From assembly GCA_018304175.1 (NCBI GenBank), contig JAGVWT010000005.1, positions 1-16,986 of the forward strand: 16,986 nucleotides of DNA, in the 5' to 3' direction. Positions within the stretch are counted from its first letter, which is position 1, and each line of letters begins with the position of its first letter. Source of the stretch: Candidatus Pacearchaeota archaeon (GTDB lineage: Archaea; Nanobdellota; Nanobdellia; Pacearchaeales; GW2011-AR1). The notes below the pieces were generated by a model. The model searched no databases and was not told the origin of the DNA. It saw only the letters and a list, made by a program, of their open reading frames with translations. A program made the position numbers and the translations under genes. Shown in pieces: positions 9,531-16,495 of the stretch.

Positions 9531-9752
9531 TTATTTTCTCCTTATATGTAACAAATATTTCTCATCTCTGTTACTCTGTATGGAAATTGTTCCCATAACT
9601 TCATAACTCCCACTTAATCTAGTTTTTAATTGAGTATAATAGCTTTCTGGTAAATCTGAAAGTTCAATAGTATCTGAAGGATGATTTCCCAAATTTAATT
9701 TAATAAGTTTCTCTAACCCATCAACATTTATTTCATTCCATTTAAAATTCAT
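9531..9752 (-). CDS. Hypothetical protein (73 aa) between rps28e and rpl24e
   Basis: ATG at 9752 (MNFKWNE) sits 1 nt after the rps28e stop and its stop is 1 nt before rpl24e. The track's TTG start at 9803 lies inside rps28e. Confidence 0.7.
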   Translation of the reverse strand: MNFKWNEINVDGLEKLIKLNLGNHPSDTIELSDLPESYYTQLKTRLSGSYEVMGTISIQSNRDEKYLLHIRRK

Positions 9753-9753
9753 T

Positions 9754-10053
9754 TTAAGTGTAAGTCCCTTTTGTGACTTTTGATTTAATTCTACGAGCTT
9801 CAATTTCTGTTTCTCTTAACATTAAAAAATCTCCTATTTTCACAGGGCCTCGCACGTTTCGTCTTATCGACCTTCCTTTATCTTTTCCTTCCTGAACCAT
9901 ACATTTCACTTGAGTTATTTCTCCTTTGAATCCTGTTCTTCCTATAATTTCTTCAACCAAAGCAGGAAAAGCTTCTTTTCCTGTAAGCCTGTCGCTCCCC
10001 TTTGAAGATTGCTGCTGTTGTGTTTTTTCCTTGACTTTTTGTTGTTTTGCCAT
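9754..10053 (-). CDS. rps28e: 30S ribosomal protein S28e with K/Q-rich N-terminal extension
   Basis: [19 protein letters not shown]...[25 protein letters not shown]. Confidence 0.95.
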   Translation of the reverse strand: MAKQQKVKEKTQQQQSSKGSDRLTGKEAFPALVEEIIGRTGFKGEITQVKCMVQEGKDKGRSIRRNVRGPVKIGDFLMLRETEIEARRIKSKVTKGTYT

Positions 10054-10070
10054 TTTATTTTTTAAAATAT

Positions 10071-10253
10071 TTAATAATCACCCTCATAATCTTCTCTTCT
10101 AGGTTTTCTTTTTCCTTCCAGATTTTCATTTATGTATTTATCAACAGGATCACAATCATCTTCTTTCTCATTTCTTTCTCTATAAATAATCCTTCTTCTT
10201 TTTGCTCTAGTTGGCGTGTCTTTATCAGGATTATAACTTCTTATTCCTGTCAT
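10071..10253 (-). CDS. Hypothetical highly charged protein (60 aa)
   Basis: Starts at a TAA-A-ATG junction and fills the gap before rps28e. Confidence 0.6.
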   Translation of the reverse strand: MTGIRSYNPDKDTPTRAKRRRIIYRERNEKEDDCDPVDKYINENLEGKRKPRREDYEGDY

Positions 10254-10254
10254 T

Positions 10255-10542
10255 TTAATTCATCCTCCTTCGATTATATTTTCTTCCAATGTGAACTATA
10301 TTTTCATATAAATCAAAAACAAGGTACTCTACAGAGCCATTATTTTTTAAATAAGAGGAATCTGCTAATGCTATAGCATCTAAAAGGAGCATTTCTTCTG
10401 AACGGGAGCATTCATATCCATTGTCTGCAACAACCAAAAATCTTTCATTTATATCATTAAATGATGTTCTTTCTACCCTTAATCTTAAAGATTCTAAAAA
10501 TTCTTCTGTATCTTTAATAATTGGAGCAATTGTTTTAGTCAT
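10255..10542 (-). CDS. Hypothetical protein (95 aa) after rpl7ae
   Basis: ATG directly follows the rpl7ae TAA and the stop lies 1 nt before the next ATG. Confidence 0.7.
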   Translation of the reverse strand: MTKTIAPIIKDTEEFLESLRLRVERTSFNDINERFLVVADNGYECSRSEEMLLLDAIALADSSYLKNNGSVEYLVFDLYENIVHIGRKYNRRRMN

Positions 10543-10845
10543 TTAAACCTTAATTGATTTTATTTCCTGTTCTGTTTCACCTGCTTCAATTATTGCTATG
10601 CTCGACGCTGAAACAGGCAATCCTGCTGCGATTCCAAGTTTTTGCTTGCTGTCAACTGATTGACACGGAATTTTTTTCTCTTTACAAAGAATTGGGATAT
10701 GCTGAATTATTTCTTTAGGCTCGACATCTGAAGCGTAAGCAACGAACTTCGCAGTGCCTCTTTCAATCGCTTTTGTAACTTCGTTTGTTCCTTTCTCTAT
10801 CTTTCCAGTTCTTCTTGCTCGTTCAATTAAATTGTATACATCCAT
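10543..10845 (-). CDS. rpl7ae: 50S ribosomal protein L7Ae
   Basis: ARRTGKIEKGTNEVTKAIERG.AK.V..A.DV.P.EI..HIP.LC.EK.IP, LG.AAG. ATG at 10845 (MDVYNL) is preferred over TTG at 10860. Confidence 0.96.
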   Translation of the reverse strand: MDVYNLIERARRTGKIEKGTNEVTKAIERGTAKFVAYASDVEPKEIIQHIPILCKEKKIPCQSVDSKQKLGIAAGLPVSASSIAIIEAGETEQEIKSIKV

Positions 10846-10856
10846 TTTCCAAGATA

Positions 10857-10938
10857 CCAAAAACGAATAGAAGAAATATTATTTCCTCCCGTAAATTCGT
10901 TCATTGGATAAATACTAAGGAAAAAGTTTGTTTATAAA
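10857..10938 (-). promoter_or_regulatory. rpl7ae promoter and 51-nt leader hairpin
   Basis: TTTATAAA at 10931-10938. Long stem-loop 10857-10907 begins about 24 nt downstream. Confidence 0.6.
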
Positions 10939-10950
10939 GTTTTTCTTGCC

Positions 10951-11946
10951 TTATTTCCACTTAACTTCAACTTCGTCAGTACGTTGGCGAGGCTGAATGT
11001 CTACTTTATGTAATTCTTTTTCTTGAAACTTTATTCCTTTCTTGAACATTTTTTCTCCGAGAAATGCAATCATTGCTCCATTATCTACAAGCAATGAATT
11101 TTCAGGAACAAAGAACTCACAACCACGTTCTTTGCACATAATTCTGCACATTTCCTGGAGTCTTTTGTTGCACCCAACACCCCCTCCTAAAAGAAGTTCT
11201 TTTTTTCCAGTGTGAGCTAAAGCCCTCTCTGCAACTTCAACAAGCATCGCAAAAACAGTTTCCTGAAGAGAATAACATAAGTCCTCTTTGTTATGTTTTT
11301 TTTTCTCAACTTTTTGTTTCAAGTTTGTTAAAATTCCGCTCAAAGCTATGTCCATGCCTTTAACTTTGTAAGGCAGTTCAATATAATTCTTGCCATTTGC
11401 TGCGAGAATTTCTACTTTAGGTCCTCCTGGAAAACCAATTCCAATATGTCTCGCGAAATTGTCAATGAAATTTCCAACACCGATGTCAAGAATTTCTCCG
11501 AAAATTCTGTACTTTCCTGAAGAATATGCAATAACTTGAGTATTAGCTCCTGAAACGTAAAGCATTACTGGGTCTTTCGGACCATTTTTTATTGAACTTC
11601 CTACTTCTAAATGTGCAATACAGTGATTAACAGGAATAATTGGAATTTTCAATTTTTTTGAGAGTTCTTTTGCAAATTTCATTCCTTCAACCAAGCACGG
11701 AGCCAAACCCGGTGCATTTGAAATGGCAATTCCCTGAATTTCATTCTCTTCTACTCCAGAAATTTTCAGCGCGCCTTCATAAATTTCTTTGCTTTTTTCT
11801 CTATGGTGCTTCGCAGCTTCCATGGGAATTATGCCTCCTGAATCAGTTTTGTATGAATCCTTAAGGTTTGCAAGAATTTTTCTGTTTTTTACAATTCCGA
11901 CGCCAAAAGTATGTGCCGTTGATTCAATGCCTAAAATCAGTGCCAT
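10951..11946 (-). CDS. kae1: tRNA N6-threonylcarbamoyladenosine synthase Kae1 (not fused to Bud32)
   Basis: GIESTAHT, HCIAH metal motif, LYVSGANT, GGGV..N and DNGAMIA. TTTTATAAA about 22 nt upstream. Confidence 0.96.
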   Translation of the reverse strand: MALILGIESTAHTFGVGIVKNRKILANLKDSYKTDSGGIIPMEAAKHHREKSKEIYEGALKISGVEENEIQGIAISNAPGLAPCLVEGMKFAKELSKKLKIPIIPVNHCIAHLEVGSSIKNGPKDPVMLYVSGANTQVIAYSSGKYRIFGEILDIGVGNFIDNFARHIGIGFPGGPKVEILAANGKNYIELPYKVKGMDIALSGILTNLKQKVEKKKHNKEDLCYSLQETVFAMLVEVAERALAHTGKKELLLGGGVGCNKRLQEMCRIMCKERGCEFFVPENSLLVDNGAMIAFLGEKMFKKGIKFQEKELHKVDIQPRQRTDEVEVKWK

Positions 11947-11991
11947 TTTTCAGAATAGGATAATACCTTTATAAAATTAGTCAATCATATG

Positions 11992-12095
11992 GCTTTGCTA
12001 AACAATTAATTCCTGTTTAAATTCTCCTTGCCTACCACGTTCGCCGGAAAAACTCTCGCCCATAAACTCACTAGAATTTGATATAAATATTAATG
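11992..12095 (-). repeat. Copy B of the dispersed intergenic element
   Basis: 11992-12028 matches 16279-16315 at 36 of 37 positions and 12038-12051 is identical to 16324-16337. Looser similarity continues to 12095. Confidence 0.9.
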
Positions 12096-12184
12096 TTAAA
12101 TTCAAATTAAACATAAATTATCTTGGCTTTGGAGTTATTTACTTAATAAACATTTGAGCGAAGCAATTTTATATTTAACTTTCT

Positions 12185-12220
12185 TAAAATACTAATAAAA
12201 ATAATAAAAAATAAAAAGAT
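12185..12220 (-). terminator. Oligo-T terminator-like tract after the small basic gene
   Basis: Minus strand TCTTTTTATTTTTTATTATTTTTATTAG directly after the stop codon. Confidence 0.5.
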
Positions 12221-12223
12221 TAA

Positions 12224-12352
12224 CTATCTTTTTTTCTTTTTCTTCTTTCCGCCACGAGCCATTTTTGCTTCACAAACATTTCCTTTACCATCAACATAAT
12301 ACAAATGTCCTGGCTTTCTCTTAACAACGTTTTTTACGATAACCTTTCCCAT
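12224..12352 (-). CDS. Unannotated 42-aa basic protein MGKVIVKNVVKRKPGHLYYVDGKGNVCEAKMARGGKKKKKKR; candidate nucleic-acid-binding or chromatin protein
   Basis: Hand-translated ATG 12352 to TAG 12224-12226. Shine-Dalgarno GGAGGTG at 12357-12363, BRE/TATA at 12399-12413 and T-tract after the stop. Confidence 0.88.
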   Translation of the reverse strand: MGKVIVKNVVKRKPGHLYYVDGKGNVCEAKMARGGKKKKKKR

Positions 12353-12356
12353 TTTG

Positions 12357-12413
12357 CACCTCCTTTTGATTGTTTACTATTTATTGAAATTAATTATATA
12401 TTTAAATCTTTCT
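12357..12413 (-). promoter_or_regulatory. Promoter (AGAAAGA-TTTAAATA) and SD (GGAGGTG) of the small basic gene
   Basis: Purine-rich BRE at 12407-12413 and TATA at 12399-12406, overlapping the DUF192 3' end. SD lies 4 nt before ATG. Confidence 0.7.
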
Positions 12414-12732
12414 GACTCCCGACGAGGAAGTCAATAATCTCTTTATTTTTGTTGTTTAAAGGAATTTCTATTATTTTACTGAATGGTTTTCCCGACGATA
12501 TCTTGAGGGTGAAGGGTTTTACAATTTTTAAGGCAGTAATTTTGTTGTTTTTATCAAGCCACAACGCTAAAAATGAAAAAAAAACGAAAAGAGATGTGAG
12601 TGAAAATTTCTTATTCAAATTATCAAACAAAAGATTTTCAGTATTTTTTGTTTTAAACATCAACCCCATGTTATAAATGGAAACTTTCCTTGCAGGAACT
12701 TTGATTTTTCTGTTTTTATAATATATCTCCAT
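12394..12732 (-). CDS. Divergent DUF192 (COG1430-like) protein
   Basis: GLMF, LLF and FVFF....LWLD pattern with C-terminal IIEIP. ATG at 12732 is preferred over TTG at 12753. Confidence 0.7.
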   Translation of the reverse strand: MEIYYKNRKIKVPARKVSIYNMGLMFKTKNTENLLFDNLNKKFSLTSLFVFFSFLALWLDKNNKITALKIVKPFTLKISSGKPFSKIIEIPLNNKNKEIIDFLVGSQKDLNI

Positions 12733-13102
12733 TTTTTTTCTTATGGCTCTCAAGTTGTTTGCAGAAATAGTTCACGTTTTTTTCACAGACAAAGTCATGA
12801 TGCTTGAATCCCCCTCCAAAACTTTTTGGGATATGCATTAATTCATGGACTATTACTTTTGTTTTCTCTTTATCGTTGAGTTTTTCAAAATTTTCAGTTA
12901 TGAACTCAATTGCATAGTGTGCTTCTTTACTCAATGTCTTTTGCATTATTTTTCCTAATGCATGGCATCGGGCTATTGTATGCCTTGATGAACTTCCATA
13001 ACTCCTGAAACACTTGACTCTTTCAATAATTACATGTGGAAAAAGAATCCTAGATATTTCTTCCGCTTTTTTTTGTAAATCTTCTGCAAATTCGTATTTC
13101 AT
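12716..13102 (-). CDS. Putative zinc metallopeptidase (COG4900-like)
   Basis: VIVHELMHIP (HExxH) followed by GGG..HH; IARCHAL upstream. Confidence 0.82.
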   Translation of the reverse strand: MKYEFAEDLQKKAEEISRILFPHVIIERVKCFRSYGSSSRHTIARCHALGKIMQKTLSKEAHYAIEFITENFEKLNDKEKTKVIVHELMHIPKSFGGGFKHHDFVCEKNVNYFCKQLESHKKKNGDIL

Positions 13103-13314
13103 TATTCACTAACTTCTATTATTTTATTTCTAGATGTAAATCCTGATTTTATTTTTATTCCTTTCCCAAAATAATTCTTAAGTATTTTAATAATCTTTAT
13201 GTTTGCTTTATTGTTTACTGGTTTTTCTTTTATCCACACTTCCAAGTAATTTTTGTCTATTTCTTCAATTTTTTCCTGCGACGAATTTGGGTGAACTTTG
13301 ATTTTAAATTTCAT
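13102..13314 (-). CDS. DUF167/UPF0235 (YggU-like) protein
   Basis: IKVHPNS, P...KAN, G.TSRNK. TAATG overlap with the next gene. Confidence 0.88.
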   Translation of the reverse strand: MKFKIKVHPNSSQEKIEEIDKNYLEVWIKEKPVNNKANIKIIKILKNYFGKGIKIKSGFTSRNKIIEVSE

Positions 13315-13358
13315 CTTTTATCACATATTTTCCTTCCATAATAACCTCATTTGAAAAT

Positions 13359-14273
13359 TTATCTTTTTTCATTAATCAATATATTCAACAAAGCCATTCT
13401 TATATATAAACCATTTTCTGCCTGTCGAAAATAAGCAACTCTCTTGTCATTTTCTTCTATTTCCATCGGAAGTTCTATTTCTTCGACATGTGGTAACGGA
13501 TGCATTATTATAGAATTTTTATTCACTAAGTTAAAATTTTTTTCGTTTATAATAAATTTTCCTTTTGCGTTTTCATAATCGTTTTGCGACATTCTTTCTT
13601 TTTGTATTCGTGTCATGTAAACAACATCAACTTCCTGCAAGATTTTATTCAAATCGTTTTCTTCTCTGAATTTAATGTTATGTTTATTTAGGTATTCTTT
13701 TATATCATCTTTCATCTTTAAATTATCTGGGGAAACAAACACGATTTCTATATCTTTGAATTTTCCTAACAGGTAACAAAGGGATCTTACTGTTCTTCCA
13801 CTAAGAAGGTCTCCAACCATTGCAATTTTTATTCCGTCAATTCTTTCGAGTTCTTTGTGTATTGTATAAATGTCTAACAATGCTTGTGTTGGATGCTGTC
13901 CTTTTCCGTCGCCGGCATTTATTACAGGAACAGAGCTTGCTTCGGCTGCTTCTTTTGCAGAACCTTCTTCATAATGCCTGATAACAATACAATCTGCATA
14001 AGCAGCAATAACTTTTATTGTATCTCTAACAGATTCTCCTTTCACAGCAGATGAAAACTCTTTTGCATTTTCCGTTGATATAACTCTCCCCCCAAGTTTT
14101 AACATTGCAGATTCAAAACTTAATCTTGTACGCGTTGAAGGCTCGTAAAAAATCGTCGCAAGTATCTTGTTTTCAAGAAGCTTCTCTGAATTTTCCTTTA
14201 GAGAATCTGCTTTCTTGAACAAATCATAAAGAATTTCTTTCGTGAACTGCTGTGATTCCAAAACATGTTTCAT
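13359..14273 (-). CDS. pyrB: Aspartate carbamoyltransferase catalytic subunit
   Basis: FYEPSTRTRLSF, INAGDG...HPTQALLD, GDL..GRT, YMTRIQKER and MHPLP. Confidence 0.97.
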   Translation of the reverse strand: MKHVLESQQFTKEILYDLFKKADSLKENSEKLLENKILATIFYEPSTRTRLSFESAMLKLGGRVISTENAKEFSSAVKGESVRDTIKVIAAYADCIVIRHYEEGSAKEAAEASSVPVINAGDGKGQHPTQALLDIYTIHKELERIDGIKIAMVGDLLSGRTVRSLCYLLGKFKDIEIVFVSPDNLKMKDDIKEYLNKHNIKFREENDLNKILQEVDVVYMTRIQKERMSQNDYENAKGKFIINEKNFNLVNKNSIIMHPLPHVEEIELPMEIEENDKRVAYFRQAENGLYIRMALLNILINEKR

Positions 14274-14438
14274 TGTGTTTGATTAAGAAAAAGCATTTAT
14301 TAAAGATTATTGTCCCAAGATCATGAATTATACAAGTTAATTTAATTCCAAAAACACGGCTCTTTCCCACCCACCCTAAAATTATTAATACAAAAGACTA
14401 TATTTGTTACATTAACATTTATAGTTTTCTTTTACATT

Positions 14439-14470
14439 GTGGCTTTTCTTTTTCTAAAAGAAAAACCCAC
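14439..14470 (-). terminator. Hairpin downstream of ychF
   Basis: GTGG..TTTTCTTTT-AGA-AAAAGAAAA.CCAC on the minus strand, 13 potential pairs, about 20 nt after the stop. Confidence 0.45.
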
Positions 14471-14489
14471 GAGTGAGACAATTTCAAAA

Positions 14490-15683
14490 TTATTTTTTTA
14501 TCACAATTTCCAAAGCATCCCTGTGTTTCAATTCATGATTTTTCCCAAGAGCTTTTTTCGATCTTGCGTCTATCGCTCTGATGAAATTTTTTCCGAAGTC
14601 AGTATGCAAAAAGTACGCAAAGTCCAAAGCTGTCGAGCCTTGAGGTAGCAAAAAACAATCAGGAAGGATATTCCCTTTACTGTCTCCAAGTTTATTTGCG
14701 CCTGCAGGAAAAATTGCAATATATTTTAGCAGATTAAAAACAACTTCATTTAATATTTCTTGAACTCCTGTGCTTCCATAAATGTCCAAAACATTTCTCT
14801 TTATTTTTTCCAGTGCCTCTTTTTGTGTTTCATTTATCTTTCCCTCATAAATCTCAAAATTATTTTCTCCCGGAATATATCTTATTAATTCTCTTTTTGC
14901 AGCTTCCCTTAACGCGAGTTCAGAGTCTGCAGAACATGGAATTATTTTGTAATCCGGAAACTCTTTAACAAGTCTTTCATAATTCTCTTTTCCGTTTTTC
15001 ATATCAACTTTGTTTGCAGCAATAATTGTTGGTTTGCTTTCTCTTCTTAATTCAGAGGCAAACTTTATCAGCTGTTTTTCATTCCATGAAACCGGTTTTT
15101 CCGGAAGATTGATTTTTCTCAAAACTTTTTTTACATCATCGTTTTTTATTTTTAATCCTGAAAACTGCTTTGTTACTAATTCAGAGAAGTTTCCTTCTTC
15201 AACTTCTGCTTTTTTTACAAAACTTTTCCAGGCCTTAATTAAAATTCCATAATACCATTTGTCTAATTCTTCGTCGAGAAATTTTATGTCGTTTGAGGGA
15301 TTATAATTCCCATCTTCTATTAATTTTCCTTCAGCGTCAGTTGTGCCCGAAATGTCAACAATTTGTATGAATGCGTCAGCCTGTCTTAAATCATCAAGAA
15401 ATTTATTTCCTAAACCCTTTCCTTCGCTTGCTCCTTTTACCAATCCTGCGGCATCCATTAACTCAACAGGAACAAATCTATTTCCATTTATGCAAAACCC
15501 GTGTTGAGGATTGCATTTAACATTGAATTCCTTTTCAATGCAATCAACTTTCACATAACCAACTCCGTGATTTGGTTTTATTGTTGTGAAAGGTCTTTGT
15601 GATATCTCAACTTCTGCCAGCGTCGCTGCTTTGAAGAAAGTGCTCTTACCCACCGAAGGTTTGCCGACAAGTCCAATTAACAT
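14490..15683 (-). CDS. ychF: Archaeal YchF/Ola1-family (COG0012) P-loop NTPase with TGS domain
   Basis: GKPSVGKST, PFTTI, D.AGLV.GA..GKGLGNKFL, NKVD and GSTA.DFAY.LHTD. TTTAAATA about 23 nt upstream. Confidence 0.93.
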   Translation of the reverse strand: MLIGLVGKPSVGKSTFFKAATLAEVEISQRPFTTIKPNHGVGYVKVDCIEKEFNVKCNPQHGFCINGNRFVPVELMDAAGLVKGASEGKGLGNKFLDDLRQADAFIQIVDISGTTDAEGKLIEDGNYNPSNDIKFLDEELDKWYYGILIKAWKSFVKKAEVEEGNFSELVTKQFSGLKIKNDDVKKVLRKINLPEKPVSWNEKQLIKFASELRRESKPTIIAANKVDMKNGKENYERLVKEFPDYKIIPCSADSELALREAAKRELIRYIPGENNFEIYEGKINETQKEALEKIKRNVLDIYGSTGVQEILNEVVFNLLKYIAIFPAGANKLGDSKGNILPDCFLLPQGSTALDFAYFLHTDFGKNFIRAIDARSKKALGKNHELKHRDALEIVIKK

Positions 15684-15721
15684 AAATCATTTCCAAATCA
15701 AAATTATTTAAAGCTTCCTAA

Positions 15722-15973
15722 TCAATCATAAATATCTTTTCTATGTCCCATATCCAAAATAAAAATTGTTACTATCTTCTTGTCTATTTTGTAAATTATT
15801 CTATATTTTCCTATTCTTAAACTCCGCAAACCAGATAAATTCGCAGTTAATGGTTTTCCTAATTCTGGATTATTCTCCAATTCAAGAATTTTTTTACCAA
15901 TTCTTTCTTGCTCTTTTTTGTCAAGTTTTCTGAAGAATTTCTCTGCCGGTTTTTCAAGAATTATTCTATACAT
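15722..15973 (-). CDS. relE: RelE/ParE-family toxin
   Basis: 83 aa basic protein with GKPL...L.G.RSLRIGKYRIIY and GHRKDIY. Overlaps the upstream antitoxin. Confidence 0.9.
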   Translation of the reverse strand: MYRIILEKPAEKFFRKLDKKEQERIGKKILELENNPELGKPLTANLSGLRSLRIGKYRIIYKIDKKIVTIFILDMGHRKDIYD

Positions 15974-16232
15974 TTAAATCAAGCTCTTTAGCAAGTTTTC
16001 TCAGTTCAACTCCTCTGCCTTTCTCATAATCTTTAAGCGCTTCAGCTATATTTTTCATTGTTTCAGGATCTGACAAAACATTAATTGTTTCAATAAGGCT
16101 TTCTTTATCAGTTTCTGTAGGAATTCTTTCAAGAAGCCTTGATATTAACTCATTATATGTCTCTCTATAATGGATTTTTAACTTATCAAGTTTTACCTTT
16201 ACCTTTTTATCTATTTGTATTGTAGTGACCAT
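15966..16232 (-). CDS. Antitoxin with RHH-like N-terminus (TTIQI...ETYNELI.RLL)
   Basis: 88 aa, immediately upstream of relE with an 8-nt overlap. Acidic C-terminal half. Confidence 0.85.
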   Translation of the reverse strand: MVTTIQIDKKVKVKLDKLKIHYRETYNELISRLLERIPTETDKESLIETINVLSDPETMKNIAEALKDYEKGRGVELRKLAKELDLNV

Positions 16233-16237
16233 AGTAA

Positions 16238-16262
16238 GCTATAGGTAACTATAGTTTATAAA
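16238..16262 (-). promoter_or_regulatory. TA promoter TATA box and putative autoregulatory operator
   Basis: TTTATAAA at 16255-16262 and CTATAG-GTAA-CTATAG at 16239-16254 between TATA and ATG. Confidence 0.65.
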
Positions 16263-16278
16263 TTTAACCAATAAAAAT

Positions 16279-16381
16279 GCTTTGCTAAACAATTAATTTC
16301 TGTTTAAATTCTCCTGTTCACTGCGTTCGCCGGAAAACTTTCGCTTCGAAGTCGCTTGAAGTTTGATGTAAACTGTTAATG
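16279..16381 (-). repeat. Copy C of the dispersed intergenic element
   Basis: Direct repeat of copy B, 4287 bp away. Confidence 0.9.
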
Positions 16382-16495
16382 CAAGAAATTGTGTTCAATA
16401 CAATAAATTTTTTTAATGTTAATTATGTAATATATTTATGTTTAATTAATCAAACAAAATTCCAACTTTTTAAACAATTCCTAACAAAATTATTA

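Noticed and set aside
12074-12135. dif/Xer-like arms (TAATGTTAAAT at 12091-12101; TTATGTTTAAT at 12106-12116 and 16436-16446)
   Set aside because: They resemble the XerD half-site, but no convincing partner arm sits at 6-bp spacing, and the region is extremely AT-rich.
12414-12432. CCGACG-containing hairpin resembling the gyrB leader repeat
   Set aside because: It lies inside the DUF192 coding sequence, and CCGACG/CGTCGG occurs several times in coding DNA here, so it is not specific.
13304-13348. 11-codon uORF (MEGKYVIKDEI) with GAGGT upstream, overlapping the DUF167 start
   Set aside because: Very short, tight SD spacing and no independent support. It could be chance.
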